The notes beneath the pieces were generated by a model that was not told the origin of the DNA, made no database searches, and was given only the letters and a program-made list of their open reading frames with translations. Positions 18,487 to 27,551 of a DNA stretch of 64,000 bases are shown one piece after another; the stretch's first letter is position 1, and the number at the start of each line of letters is the position of its first letter. This DNA is from Gemmatales bacterium (GTDB taxonomy: Bacteria > Planctomycetota > Planctomycetia > Gemmatales > HRBIN36). The stretch lies in contig DAOMFV010000009.1 of assembly GCA_035430005.1 (NCBI GenBank), forward strand, positions 40-64,039, read 5' to 3'. The translations under genes were made by a program, and so were the position numbers.

Positions 18487-20403
18487 TTATTCCTGAGAAG
18501 GTAGAATCTCTCGTATCGCCACTTCCCACTGTCCAAGGCCAGCTTTGACGACGGCAATGCCACGAGCTTGATCCACTCTAACAATTTGGCCCGGCTGATC
18601 GAAACGATCGACAGTAACAGCAGTCCCTGGCCGCAGTGTGGCTCGGAAGTGGCGTAGAGCCTCGTCCTGAGCGATCTGGCGTTCAAGTTCCGTCTGTTTG
18701 CGCTGGAACTCTTCACGTGACTTCAGTGCATCGATTTCAGCCACATGGGCTTCGAGCCGCGCCTTCTCTGCCACCTCTCGAGCTTTTTGCAACTTATCCA
18801 CCTCCGACCCGCGCTGCCGACGTTTGCGTAGATAGAATCGAGCCCGCTTCATCAGCTCTTGTGGCAACTCGAGGCGTTGAGCGATTTGCAGAGCGCAACT
18901 ACGGCCAAACTGACCGACCAAAAGCCGAAACGTGGGCCGCAGCGTAGTCACATCAAACTCCACTGCCGCATTTTCAGCTCGTTCATTGTGGAAAGCATAC
19001 GTCTTCAGATCGCCCAGATGTGTCGTCACCATTGCCAGGCATTTCTGCTTCGCCAGATGATCGAGAATAGCCCGTCCCAGGGCGGCTCCTTCGGTCGGGT
19101 CAGTGCCGGCCCCCAGTTCATCCAGCAATACCAGGCTGTCTCGATCAGCCTTCAGGAAGATATCTCGAATGCGAGAGATATGGGAACTGAACGTACTCAG
19201 TGATTGTTCCAGGCTCTGTTCGTCGCCAATATCAGCGAGAAGATGATGCAATATTGGAACGCTGCTGCCTTCTTGGGCAGGGATGTGCAAGCCCGATTGA
19301 GCCATCATGCAAAGAAGCCCTACCGTCTTGAGGGCCACCGTCTTGCCGCCCGTATTGGGGCCGGTGATGACCAGGATCTCGTAATCGGTGCCGAGTCGCA
19401 CATCAATGGGCATCACGCTTTTGATCTTCTCAGGGTCTTGTGAATGATGGCGGAAGAGATGTAGCAAGATCGGATGGCGGGCTGAGTGCAGCCACAGTTG
19501 ACGATCTGCATTGATGCGTGGAGCGCACATGCCATATTCGAGACTGTACTGAGCCTTCGCCTGTATCAGATCAATCTGAGCTAGCACGTCGAGAGCTACC
19601 TGCAAGGGCTTGGCTACCTGTCCCACCTCAGCGGTCAATCGTCGAAGGATACGGGCAATTTCCTTGTCCTCCTCCACCTTGATCAACGAACGGTCAGCAT
19701 TCAAATGGGCGATCGCAGCCGGCTCGATATAGACCGTATCGCCGGTGCTGCTGGTGCGATGCACGACGCCGGCCACCTTCTGACGATGATTGACAGCCAC
19801 AGGCAGCACATGATGATCGCCGGAAAGCGTGGCATGGGAGTAACGCAGTGCCGATCGAATGACTGGATCGCGCAAGAGACGCTTCAGCTCTTGCTGCACC
19901 CGCTCATCAATCTCGTGCAACCGCTGTCGTATGGAACCTAGTTCCGGGCTGGCCATATCGTGTAATTGGCCTCGGCTGTCGATGCTCCCTTCGATCGTCC
20001 GGGCCAGCGAGCCCATGTCTTCCACTCTGGTCAATAGATTGATCAGAGAACCCCAACGTGGATCGAGCCGCATCCGGTACCGATAGGCCGAACCGGTGGC
20101 TGCCAGCACTTCCTTCACCTGATTGAATTCTGTCGGTGTCAGGCTGCTACCAATGGCTGCGCGACGGATGAGGAGGCGAATGTCACTGACACCCGACAAC
20201 GGCGGCGGCTGCTTGGCGCTCAGCGCCTCGGTCATCTCGGTGATCAGCGTAATCTGCTTCTGGATGAGGTCGACCTGTTGTAGGGGCTGAAGCTGGTGCG
20301 CCAGCCCCTTGCCTAGTGACGTGATGGCATATGACGCTATCAGGTCTCGTACCTTCGTAAACTCCAGCAACTCCAGGGTATGTGGGTCCATCAGTTCAGC
20401 CAT
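18487..20403 (-). CDS. mutS2: MutS2-family protein (MutS domain V ATPase + coiled coil + KOW-like end), no Smr domain
   Basis: Carries ITGPNTGGKTVALKTVGL (Walker A), LVLLDELGAGTDP (Walker B) and a basic/acidic coiled-coil. The C-terminus GQIVRVDQARGIAVVKAGLGQWEV looks KOW-like. The ORF then stops, and only 98 nt follow before the next gene. Confidence 0.8.
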   Translation of the reverse strand: MAELMDPHTLELLEFTKVRDLIASYAITSLGKGLAHQLQPLQQVDLIQKQITLITEMTEALSAKQPPPLSGVSDIRLLIRRAAIGSSLTPTEFNQVKEVLAATGSAYRYRMRLDPRWGSLINLLTRVEDMGSLARTIEGSIDSRGQLHDMASPELGSIRQRLHEIDERVQQELKRLLRDPVIRSALRYSHATLSGDHHVLPVAVNHRQKVAGVVHRTSSTGDTVYIEPAAIAHLNADRSLIKVEEDKEIARILRRLTAEVGQVAKPLQVALDVLAQIDLIQAKAQYSLEYGMCAPRINADRQLWLHSARHPILLHLFRHHSQDPEKIKSVMPIDVRLGTDYEILVITGPNTGGKTVALKTVGLLCMMAQSGLHIPAQEGSSVPILHHLLADIGDEQSLEQSLSTFSSHISRIRDIFLKADRDSLVLLDELGAGTDPTEGAALGRAILDHLAKQKCLAMVTTHLGDLKTYAFHNERAENAAVEFDVTTLRPTFRLLVGQFGRSCALQIAQRLELPQELMKRARFYLRKRRQRGSEVDKLQKAREVAEKARLEAHVAEIDALKSREEFQRKQTELERQIAQDEALRHFRATLRPGTAVTVDRFDQPGQIVRVDQARGIAVVKAGLGQWEVAIREILPSQE

Positions 20404-20458
20404 GATGGGGATAGAGAGACAATTTGTGCCTTGGGTTCACTCGAAATAAGCCGCTGTA

Positions 20459-22003
20459 TCATCGTTCTGCCCGCCAACTGGTGCCGCCGGCACGGTCTTC
20501 GAGCAGGATGCCGAGGTCACCCAGCCGTTTTCGAATGATATCAGTCTGATCGAAGAGCGCCTTCTTGGTCGGGTTGGTCTTCTCCGTGATGTTCTTGGCC
20601 TCAGCCCGCAGATTGTTGCGCAGGTCGATGAGCAGTTGCATCAGCCCGGCGACCAATTTATCGTCGCCGCCCAGTAAGGCAGCCTGTGGCTTCTCATAGA
20701 AGAGGCCCAGGATGCCGCCAAACTCGCGCATCAATCCTGCGCCTTCGACGAATCGCTGCTTGGCTGCTTCGTCTTTGCTTTCGGGGTCTTCTAGCCTGGA
20801 TGAATCAGCCAGTTTGTTCAGTGTAGTCAGCAGTTCAAATAGCACTGCGGTCGCTCCGCCGGTGTTGAAGTCATCATCCATGAATTCGTTGAACTTCTCG
20901 TGAATCGGCTTCAGCTCAGCGAATCGATAGTTTTTCTCAACAAACCGGTCACTAGGCTTGAGATCGTAGAACGATTGGCTGGTAATACGTTCAAACCGTT
21001 CAGCGAAGCGAATGAAGGCATCGTAAGCCTTCTTGGCGTTCTCCAACCCACTGGGGATGGGGGTGGCTACATTCTTGTGATCCCATTCGCCCAGATCTAT
21101 GGGGGAACGGTAGTGAGTGTTCAGAATGAAGAATCGCAGCACTTCCCCGGAGACGTGCTTAAGGGCATCAACGACGTTGAGAACGTTGCCAATCGATCCG
21201 GCCATCTTACCGCTGGTCAATTTGAGGAGCCCGTTGTGCATCCAGACATGTGCGAACGTCTTGCCCGTGTCTGATTCCGATTGTGCCAGTTCGTTCTCGT
21301 GGTGAGGGAACTGCAAGTCCAGGCCGCCGCCATGAATGTCGATGGTTTCGCCCAGCAGAGCCTGACTCATCACGGAGCATTCGATATGCCAGCCGGGCCG
21401 CCCCCGGCCCCAAGGGCTATCCCAGGCAGGCTCGCCAGGCTTGGCCCCTTTCCAAAGGGCGAAGTCGCCGGGGTTCCGCTTCTTGCCCGTTACCTCGATA
21501 CGGGCGCCAGCTTCTAACTGCTCCGGGTCACGATTGCATAGCTTTCCATAATCGTGATCTTTGCTGATATCGAAATAGACATCGCCCTCGGCTGGGTAGG
21601 CATAGTCCTTGGCAATCAGTCGCTGCATCATCGCGATCATGCCGGCTATGTGCTCAGTAGCCCGAGGAAAGGTATCGATGCCGGTGACGTTCAGCTTCTT
21701 CAGGCAGACTTCGTAATCAGCCGTCATCTTCTCAGCAAGCTCTTTAACGGTTGCGTTCAGTTCTTTGGCACGGACAATCAGTTTGTCATCGACATCGGTG
21801 ATGTTGACCACCCATTTGACCTGGTACCCCTGGTAGTTCAGATATCGCTTCACCGTGTCGAAGATGACCGGGCCGACCATGTGCCCGATATGGCTCGGCT
21901 TATAAACCGTGGGGCCGCACACGTACATGGTGACCAGTTCACCAGGCGACTTGTGAAATTTCTCTTTGCGGCGGGAAAGGGTGTTGTAGATCTGTACAGC
22001 CAT
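20459..22003 (-). CDS. cysS: Cysteine--tRNA ligase
   Basis: Has the HIGH motif (HIGHMVGP), a KMSKS-like KMAGSIGN, and GWHIECS. MAVQIYNTLSRRKEKF is a typical CysS N-terminus, so ATG 22003 is preferred over 22021. Confidence 0.92.
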   Translation of the reverse strand: MAVQIYNTLSRRKEKFHKSPGELVTMYVCGPTVYKPSHIGHMVGPVIFDTVKRYLNYQGYQVKWVVNITDVDDKLIVRAKELNATVKELAEKMTADYEVCLKKLNVTGIDTFPRATEHIAGMIAMMQRLIAKDYAYPAEGDVYFDISKDHDYGKLCNRDPEQLEAGARIEVTGKKRNPGDFALWKGAKPGEPAWDSPWGRGRPGWHIECSVMSQALLGETIDIHGGGLDLQFPHHENELAQSESDTGKTFAHVWMHNGLLKLTSGKMAGSIGNVLNVVDALKHVSGEVLRFFILNTHYRSPIDLGEWDHKNVATPIPSGLENAKKAYDAFIRFAERFERITSQSFYDLKPSDRFVEKNYRFAELKPIHEKFNEFMDDDFNTGGATAVLFELLTTLNKLADSSRLEDPESKDEAAKQRFVEGAGLMREFGGILGLFYEKPQAALLGGDDKLVAGLMQLLIDLRNNLRAEAKNITEKTNPTKKALFDQTDIIRKRLGDLGILLEDRAGGTSWRAER

Positions 22004-22099
22004 GACGATATTACATCTCATTCCAAGAGGGTACTACAGCATCATGCCGTAGATTGCTGCTCATGCAGCAATGTCATCATACAGGGAATCGTCGGAGAA

Positions 22100-23194
22100 T
22101 CAGATAGTCTCCGGGACACGATTACCAAGAAGGCTATGGAGAAACCATCGCATCCCTTTGGCGGGAATGAACGACATGCAGCCTGAGAACATAATCGCTC
22201 CGAACCCGCCCAGCCCCATGAAAACGGCGATGCCACCGTGGAGCATGCATGCCCCAAAGAGCATCCAGGGACGCAGGTAGCGGTTCCAGATGAGGAACGG
22301 GAACGTGATCTCAAAGGCGAGCGTGGCGTATGTGGAGAGGAAGCAGAAGTAGTGCCAGAACCATTCTCCCATTCTTGGATCTGTCATCCAAGTCAGGTCG
22401 ACCCCCTCGTTGAAGAGTGGAGAGTTCATCGTGAGCCAGGTCGCAGAACCGTTCCACCAGGTAGTGCCTTGCAGTTTGGCCAAGCCGGCAATGAAATAAA
22501 CGATACACATGTGTACCTGCATCAGCCGCAGCGCAAGAGTCGCGGACCAAAGCGGTTTGATCGGCGGCAGTTTATCTCCTAACCGTTTACGGGCGATCAG
22601 CCGATCCAATGAAAATACGCTGCCACACGGACTGATGCAAAGATACAAGAGCATGAAGCTCAACATGGCATCCATGCCGAACCAAATCATCATTGACCTA
22701 TGGACATAGCTCAGGTGAAATGCCCAGGAAAGGATTGAGGTGATGCGAGTGGCGAATCCCAGTGTGAATAGGCCTATGCAGACTATACCTGCATAGTAGG
22801 TCACCTGTACCCAGAATGGATCAGTGATAAGAAACCAGATCGAAAACCCATAAGGGGTCATCATCCGCTGCCGCACAGCCTGGAAGTCCAGGTCACTTTG
22901 CAAAGGTGCTTTTTCCTTGAGCTGATACTTTGGATGAGCAGGCAGATCATAGAGTTCGGCGTATGTCTCCTCATCTACCCAGGCGCCAGGTCCGATAAAG
23001 TCAAGAACAGCCACCGCGCTCGATACATGGATGTAAAGCAGGATTGAGCCGACGGCTATTCGGATAATGCCAAGCATGATCGGATCAGAGGGCGTAAAGA
23101 AGAAGCGATTCCAGCCACGAATGATGGCTGCCGGTATTCGCGCCAGATAGCCAAATAATGTTGTCAAGATTGTCAGCATGTCGCGTTCATCCAT
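22100..23194 (-). CDS. HTTM-domain (vitamin K-dependent gamma-carboxylase-like) polytopic membrane protein
   Basis: The N-terminal signature WNRFFFTPSDPIMLGIIRIAVGSILLY is followed by multiple hydrophobic helices over 364 aa. Confidence 0.65.
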   Translation of the reverse strand: MDERDMLTILTTLFGYLARIPAAIIRGWNRFFFTPSDPIMLGIIRIAVGSILLYIHVSSAVAVLDFIGPGAWVDEETYAELYDLPAHPKYQLKEKAPLQSDLDFQAVRQRMMTPYGFSIWFLITDPFWVQVTYYAGIVCIGLFTLGFATRITSILSWAFHLSYVHRSMMIWFGMDAMLSFMLLYLCISPCGSVFSLDRLIARKRLGDKLPPIKPLWSATLALRLMQVHMCIVYFIAGLAKLQGTTWWNGSATWLTMNSPLFNEGVDLTWMTDPRMGEWFWHYFCFLSTYATLAFEITFPFLIWNRYLRPWMLFGACMLHGGIAVFMGLGGFGAIMFSGCMSFIPAKGMRWFLHSLLGNRVPETI

Positions 23195-23219
23195 CTAAAC
23201 CAGGGAACATCATCAACAC

Positions 23220-24281
23220 TTACTGAATGCCTCGCTGAGCCGGTTCAGTTGCTTTGGCACCGCTGGGTACTGTGCCGGGGCCTGTTTGTTGCTCACCCTT
23301 GATAGGATCAATGTCCGGTTTTACATGCCGGTCATCTCGCTTGACCAGCTTGATATAGCGTTCTCGCAGTGAGTCACGGTCATAAGGCTTCTCAAAGAAC
23401 TTCTCTTGCTCATCTGCTGATAGCTTCTTCTTGATGGGTTGGATCAGGGGATAGGGAATGCCATAGTCCTCAAGGATTTGAATGATGGACTTGCGTTGTT
23501 CTACAGGCAGCTTCTTATTGGCTTCCAACATGGGAAGAATTTCGTTCTGAATCAGTTCGACAAAGAGGTCGTCAGCCATTCGATCTTTGAAACCCTGCTG
23601 GAAATTGGACATCACTCCTTCAGGGCTGAAGGTGGCGATGAGTTGAACATCCAGCATGCGCGGGTCGTACATGTCGTAGTTCATTCGCATCTGAATCGGA
23701 TTGCGAATCTGATAGTGGACGAGGAAACAATCCATGGAAACCAAAGGGGAACCAGTAGCAGGATGGACACATTCCTTACGACCGATGTGGCGGGCGAAGG
23801 AACGAAAGAATATCTCTCCGGACGCTGTTAGAACACTCTTCATCGGCACCTGATTATTGACAAGCACGTTAGCAACCGAGACGATGTCTTCCTTTGGACC
23901 AACCGGTTCTCTCTCTATCATCATTGAACCCAGCAAAGCGATGGACATTGTCCGCTGGAATGGCATGCGAAGATAGAAATCCTCCCGTCGGGGCACTTGG
24001 GTCCAGCGCGTGCTGCCATCTTCATACTGCAGTTTGTACCACAGCACTTCCGTGTCGCCCGGATTGGGAGCATAGAAGCGGTAGGCATTGTCCAGCCACA
24101 TCGTCTTGAGATAGGGGCGATAGAGGCTGGACAGTTGCCTCATCAAAAATACGCCGCCCCCGGATAATACATGGGAGAGAATCGCTGAGAAATGGAAGAG
24201 AATAACCAGGCTGATGATTAGCTTGATAGACCAGTGTGGCCCTCTACTTACCGGCTGCGGAAAGCTTTCGTTACTGGACAT
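23220..24281 (-). CDS. Hypothetical membrane-anchored protein, partner of the HTTM gene
   Basis: 353-aa ORF with one N-terminal helix (WSIKLIISLVILFHFSAILSHVL) and a non-hydrophobic domain of ~300 aa. It ends 25 nt before the HTTM start. No motif recognised. Confidence 0.6.
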   Translation of the reverse strand: MSSNESFPQPVSRGPHWSIKLIISLVILFHFSAILSHVLSGGGVFLMRQLSSLYRPYLKTMWLDNAYRFYAPNPGDTEVLWYKLQYEDGSTRWTQVPRREDFYLRMPFQRTMSIALLGSMMIEREPVGPKEDIVSVANVLVNNQVPMKSVLTASGEIFFRSFARHIGRKECVHPATGSPLVSMDCFLVHYQIRNPIQMRMNYDMYDPRMLDVQLIATFSPEGVMSNFQQGFKDRMADDLFVELIQNEILPMLEANKKLPVEQRKSIIQILEDYGIPYPLIQPIKKKLSADEQEKFFEKPYDRDSLRERYIKLVKRDDRHVKPDIDPIKGEQQTGPGTVPSGAKATEPAQRGIQ

Positions 24282-24422
24282 GTTATGGGCACTCGTGATA
24301 CCTGCTCACCTTCCCTATTCTTCCTCAATCCGGGCAATTCATGCAAGCCCAACTGCCCGCCCGGCACATAACTCAATGGTTGACTACTTTTCAAGACTTC
24401 AAGACAACGTACGTGGAAGTTA

Positions 24423-25052
24423 TTACTTCTTCGCCGGAGCATCCTTCTTCATGTTCAAGAACGGGTTAGGCTTCATCTCGATGTGCTTGACGCTTTGCAG
24501 ATAGTCCAGCACCGGCTCGGACTGCTTTCCGCCTACCTGGGCATGGAAGTGCAGCGTGAAGCCATGCGGCCCTTTGGCATCAATCAACTTGGGTTGTAAC
24601 GTCAGGAACGATTTGACCACATCCAGCATACCCAGCATGGCTGAGCAGAAGATATCAATGCGAGCGCCTTCAGCCAGAAGATATTCAGCAATGTCACGCC
24701 GGCCCATGTGGGCGGCTGCGCCGAGGGCCGATTCCCAGTCGCCACCGCCCCAATCGATAATCGAGTTCAGCACAGCGGGTTCTTTCTCTTTCAACTTCCT
24801 GGTCATCTCCAAATCGGAATGGGCATAAATGACGAAGTCCTGCACCAGCAATCGATTGACTTGCGGCTTCTTCCAAGAAGGCTTGAACTGAGGAGCAGGA
24901 TAATCTCTGACGAAATTCGCTTCGACCGGGCCGGCCGGTTTGGGCTTCTCTTCCGACTTCTTGTCGTCGGCAAAGAGTGGGGTCGCAGAGCCTGCCAAGG
25001 CAGCTGCGACGAGGGTGAAGTCACGACGGGAAAACTGTTTGCTCATGGTCAT
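24423..25052 (-). CDS. Tat-signal ankyrin-repeat protein
   Basis: Twin-arginine motif SRRDFTL followed by a hydrophobic stretch (VAAALAGSATPLFA). Ankyrin-type repeats are present (ALGAAAHMGRRDIAEYLLAEGARIDI...). The start is placed at ATG 25052 to avoid overlap with queF. Confidence 0.7.
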   Translation of the reverse strand: MTMSKQFSRRDFTLVAAALAGSATPLFADDKKSEEKPKPAGPVEANFVRDYPAPQFKPSWKKPQVNRLLVQDFVIYAHSDLEMTRKLKEKEPAVLNSIIDWGGGDWESALGAAAHMGRRDIAEYLLAEGARIDIFCSAMLGMLDVVKSFLTLQPKLIDAKGPHGFTLHFHAQVGGKQSEPVLDYLQSVKHIEMKPNPFLNMKKDAPAKK

Positions 25053-25062
25053 GTTCCTTGTG

Positions 25063-25425
25063 TTATTTCTTCGAGTATTCAACGGTCAGCACTGAGGAGA
25101 TGCCGCCGCGAGGCGTGAACTCGCCTACGAGAGTGAGCTTGCGTGGCTGCACAGTTTTGACAAAGTCGTCGAGAATGCGATTGACGACCACTTCGTAGAA
25201 AATGCCCATATTGCGATAGGCCTGTAGATAGATCTTGAGCGATTTGAGTTCCACAATCACCTGATCAGGGATGTAGCTGAACGTCAGTGTCCCGAAATCG
25301 GGCTGACCAGTCTTCGGGCATACCGCCGTGAACTCCGGACAGCGTATCGTCACGAGATAGTCTCGCTGAGGATACTGGTTCGGGAAAGTCTCTAACAAAG
25401 TATGTGATGGCGTAGCCTGGCTCAT
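25063..25425 (-). CDS. queF: NADPH-dependent 7-cyano-7-deazaguanine (preQ0) reductase QueF, short type
   Basis: [14 protein letters not shown] carries the catalytic Cys block. [15 protein letters not shown] is the QueF motif E(S/L)K(S/A)hK(L/Y)(Y/F/W). 120 aa. Confidence 0.88.
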   Translation of the reverse strand: MSQATPSHTLLETFPNQYPQRDYLVTIRCPEFTAVCPKTGQPDFGTLTFSYIPDQVIVELKSLKIYLQAYRNMGIFYEVVVNRILDDFVKTVQPRKLTLVGEFTPRGGISSVLTVEYSKK

Positions 25426-25556
25426 GGGGTCATTCGCTGGTGAATCGAGGAGCTATCAACTTTCATCTTACCAAAGCACAGCGTCTTGTCTTCATCCAGC
25501 TTTCGGGTTATGCTGCAACTTCGTAGACCTGCCTGCTTTCCCACCCCTGTGTAAGG

Positions 25557-26603
25557 ATGCTGTACATGCACCGCCGATCCTTTCTGAAGACTACCAGCAC
25601 CATGGCCCTGGCTGCAGGATTTCCAGCCATCGTCGGAGCGACCAACAAGTCTGGCAGCCAGAATACCATCTTCAAAGTCGGTGAACGCAGCTATGAATGC
25701 ATCCATGATTGCTTCACATTGCCAAGCACCCATCAATGGCAGACCAGTCATGGCATCTGCTTCGATCAGGCCGGCAATGCCTATGTCATCATGCAGGGCC
25801 ATGCCAAGACGCCGGCCCAGGACACGATCCATGTGTTCGATCCGCTCGGCAAGTACGTTCGTTCTTTCGGGAAAGAATATCACCCCGGCGGCCATGGCAT
25901 CGACACTCGACGAGAGGGATCAGAAGAGTTTCTCTACATCTGCGACGTACATAACAACCAAGTAGCGAAGACCAATCTCAAAGGCGATCAGGTATGGAAG
26001 CTTGATCTACCCACCGAACCTAACGTCTACAAGAACAACAAAGGTTACAAGCCCACCAACGTCGCTTTCGCCCCCGATGGCGGCTTCTACATCGGTGATG
26101 GTTATGGCTCCAGCTACATCCACCAGTACACCGCTCAAGCCAAATGGGTCCGTACCTTCGGCGGCCCTGGCAAGGACTTGAACAAACTCACCACTCCGCA
26201 CGGGCTATGGTTCGATCCCCGTCCGGGCCGGCAGGGCCTCTTGGCCATAGCTGATCGTGAAAACAACCGCATTGTCTACACCGCCACTACCGGTGAGACC
26301 ATCGGAGTCGTTCCCGGCGTGGCCCGCCCCTGCAACATCGATTTCTATGGCGACCTGGCAGTCATCCCCGAACTGGATGGTCGTGTCACCATTCTCGGCA
26401 AAAACAACGAAGTCCTCGCCCGCCTCGGAGATGACTCAGCCTGGATCGCTGAGGTCAAGAAGTATAAGATCCGCCTCGACCCGAAGCTCTGGCAACCCGG
26501 CAAGTTTGTGCAACCCCACGATGCCTGCTTTGATGCTCAGGGGAACATCTTTGTGGTAGAATGGGTACAGACGGGGCGGGTGACGAAGTTGAAGCTGCTG
26601 TAA
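25557..26603 (+). CDS. Tat-signal NHL-repeat / six-bladed beta-propeller protein
   Basis: Has HRRSFLK followed by a hydrophobic region. Repeated blade-like segments occur (HGICFDQAGNAYV, YICDVHNNQVAK, APDGGFYIGDGY, AIADRENNRIVY, PHDACFDAQGNIFVVEW). Confidence 0.7.
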   Translation: MLYMHRRSFLKTTSTMALAAGFPAIVGATNKSGSQNTIFKVGERSYECIHDCFTLPSTHQWQTSHGICFDQAGNAYVIMQGHAKTPAQDTIHVFDPLGKYVRSFGKEYHPGGHGIDTRREGSEEFLYICDVHNNQVAKTNLKGDQVWKLDLPTEPNVYKNNKGYKPTNVAFAPDGGFYIGDGYGSSYIHQYTAQAKWVRTFGGPGKDLNKLTTPHGLWFDPRPGRQGLLAIADRENNRIVYTATTGETIGVVPGVARPCNIDFYGDLAVIPELDGRVTILGKNNEVLARLGDDSAWIAEVKKYKIRLDPKLWQPGKFVQPHDACFDAQGNIFVVEWVQTGRVTKLKLL

Positions 26604-26611
26604 TCTGTAGG

Positions 26612-26836
26612 ATGATAATGAGTAACAACTCAACAACTTGGAAGCCAATTACCGAACAGGAATTGGCTGAAGTCGAAATCGAGCAACTTCGTGATCTTCT
26701 CAGACTTACACCAACTGAAAGATTGATTCGACACGAAGGAGCCAGACAACTGGTTGTCCAATTAAGAGCTGCAGGAAAGGCTTATTATGGACTCGATCCT
26801 TCAACTGTTACGCAGACTCCAAGAAGAGCAAGTTGA
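26612..26836 (+). CDS. Small hypothetical protein (74 aa)
   Basis: The ORF starts 9 nt after the NHL stop. No motif recognised. Coding status is uncertain. Confidence 0.4.
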   Translation: MIMSNNSTTWKPITEQELAEVEIEQLRDLLRLTPTERLIRHEGARQLVVQLRAAGKAYYGLDPSTVTQTPRRAS

Positions 26837-26849
26837 CTTGCTGATTTAC

Positions 26850-27287
26850 CTATGCCGACTCACTCTCCGTCGGCTTCGGCTCCACCTCCACGGCAACCAG
26901 GGGGACCAAACGCTTCACCGTCTCCAGCAGCTTATCCATCGAAAAAGGCTTTCTCAGGTATTCGTCCACGCCCAGCATCTCGGCGTAGGCTCGGTGTCTG
27001 CCGCCTTCGTTGGCGGTGATCATGATCATCTTGGGAGACCATTCCCTGCCCTTGGCTTTTAGCTTTTCCAGGACGAGAAACCCCGATTTCTTCGGCATCA
27101 TCATGTCGACAATGACCATATCGGGCCGCTCGCGCTCAGCCACATTCAGCCCTGCGTTGCCATCGCTGGCCGTAATCACCCGGTAGCCTCGGCTTTCGAT
27201 GGCGGCGCGGATAGCAAAAAGAATATCGTGATCGTCGTCCACCACGAGTACGGTCTTGTTTCCAACAGGATAGTTGTTCGCAGGCAT
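26850..27287 (-). CDS. Single-domain response regulator (CheY-like receiver)
   Basis: Carries VLVVDDD, PDMVIVDMMMPKKSG (phospho-acceptor Asp), MITA and LRKPF. ATG 27287 is preceded by AAGGAAGAAGC on the minus strand. No output domain, and no histidine kinase nearby. Confidence 0.85.
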   Translation of the reverse strand: MPANNYPVGNKTVLVVDDDHDILFAIRAAIESRGYRVITASDGNAGLNVAERERPDMVIVDMMMPKKSGFLVLEKLKAKGREWSPKMIMITANEGGRHRAYAEMLGVDEYLRKPFSMDKLLETVKRLVPLVAVEVEPKPTESESA

Positions 27288-27551
27288 GCTTCTTCCTTGC
27301 AGACTGATGACGACTGGCATGAACCTCGCGGTCGAGGCTAGTTTATGCTACCCAGCGTGTTCATGAGTGACAATGGCTTGCGACAAGATGAACAGGCAGT
27401 AGTGGGCAGGGGGCACCTGGCAGAAGGTCAAGTCTATCCGTGGTAGCATCTCAATGCAAGTCTGGCATGGGACTATGACTCGTTTTATGAATGTGAACTC
27501 ATTGACTCTCTGATAGACTCCAATTTGACGCTGTTCACTGTGAGCCCATCC

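Noticed and set aside
22053-22072. 8-bp stem hairpin (ATTGCTGC-TCAT-GCAGCAAT) between the HTTM gene and cysS. Similar short inverted repeats occur at 34330..34360, 6693..6715 and 51282..51304.
   Set aside because: Stems of 7-8 bp are expected several times by chance in this window. None has a U-tract or recognisable riboswitch/T-box features.
25426-25556. Looked for a preQ1 riboswitch upstream of queF
   Set aside because: Reading the minus strand, I found no PreQ1-I/II-like consensus (no conserved stem plus A-rich tail ending in CUA). Nothing there is reportable.
25422-25895. 157-aa minus-strand ORF spanning the queF/NHL divergent region
   Set aside because: It overlaps the well-supported NHL gene in antisense and would overlap the queF start. 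No motif is present, so it is most likely spurious.
26787-27062. ORF starting MDSILQLLRRLQEEQVDLLI. Its first ~20 aa reminded me of the N-terminus of small nucleotidyltransferase-type (toxin-antitoxin-like) proteins, overlapping the end of the 74-aa ORF as TA pairs do.
   Set aside because: After ~20 codons the frame is simply the antisense of the response-regulator gene. The resemblance is short and from memory only. It cannot be supported as a gene or a remnant without a database search.
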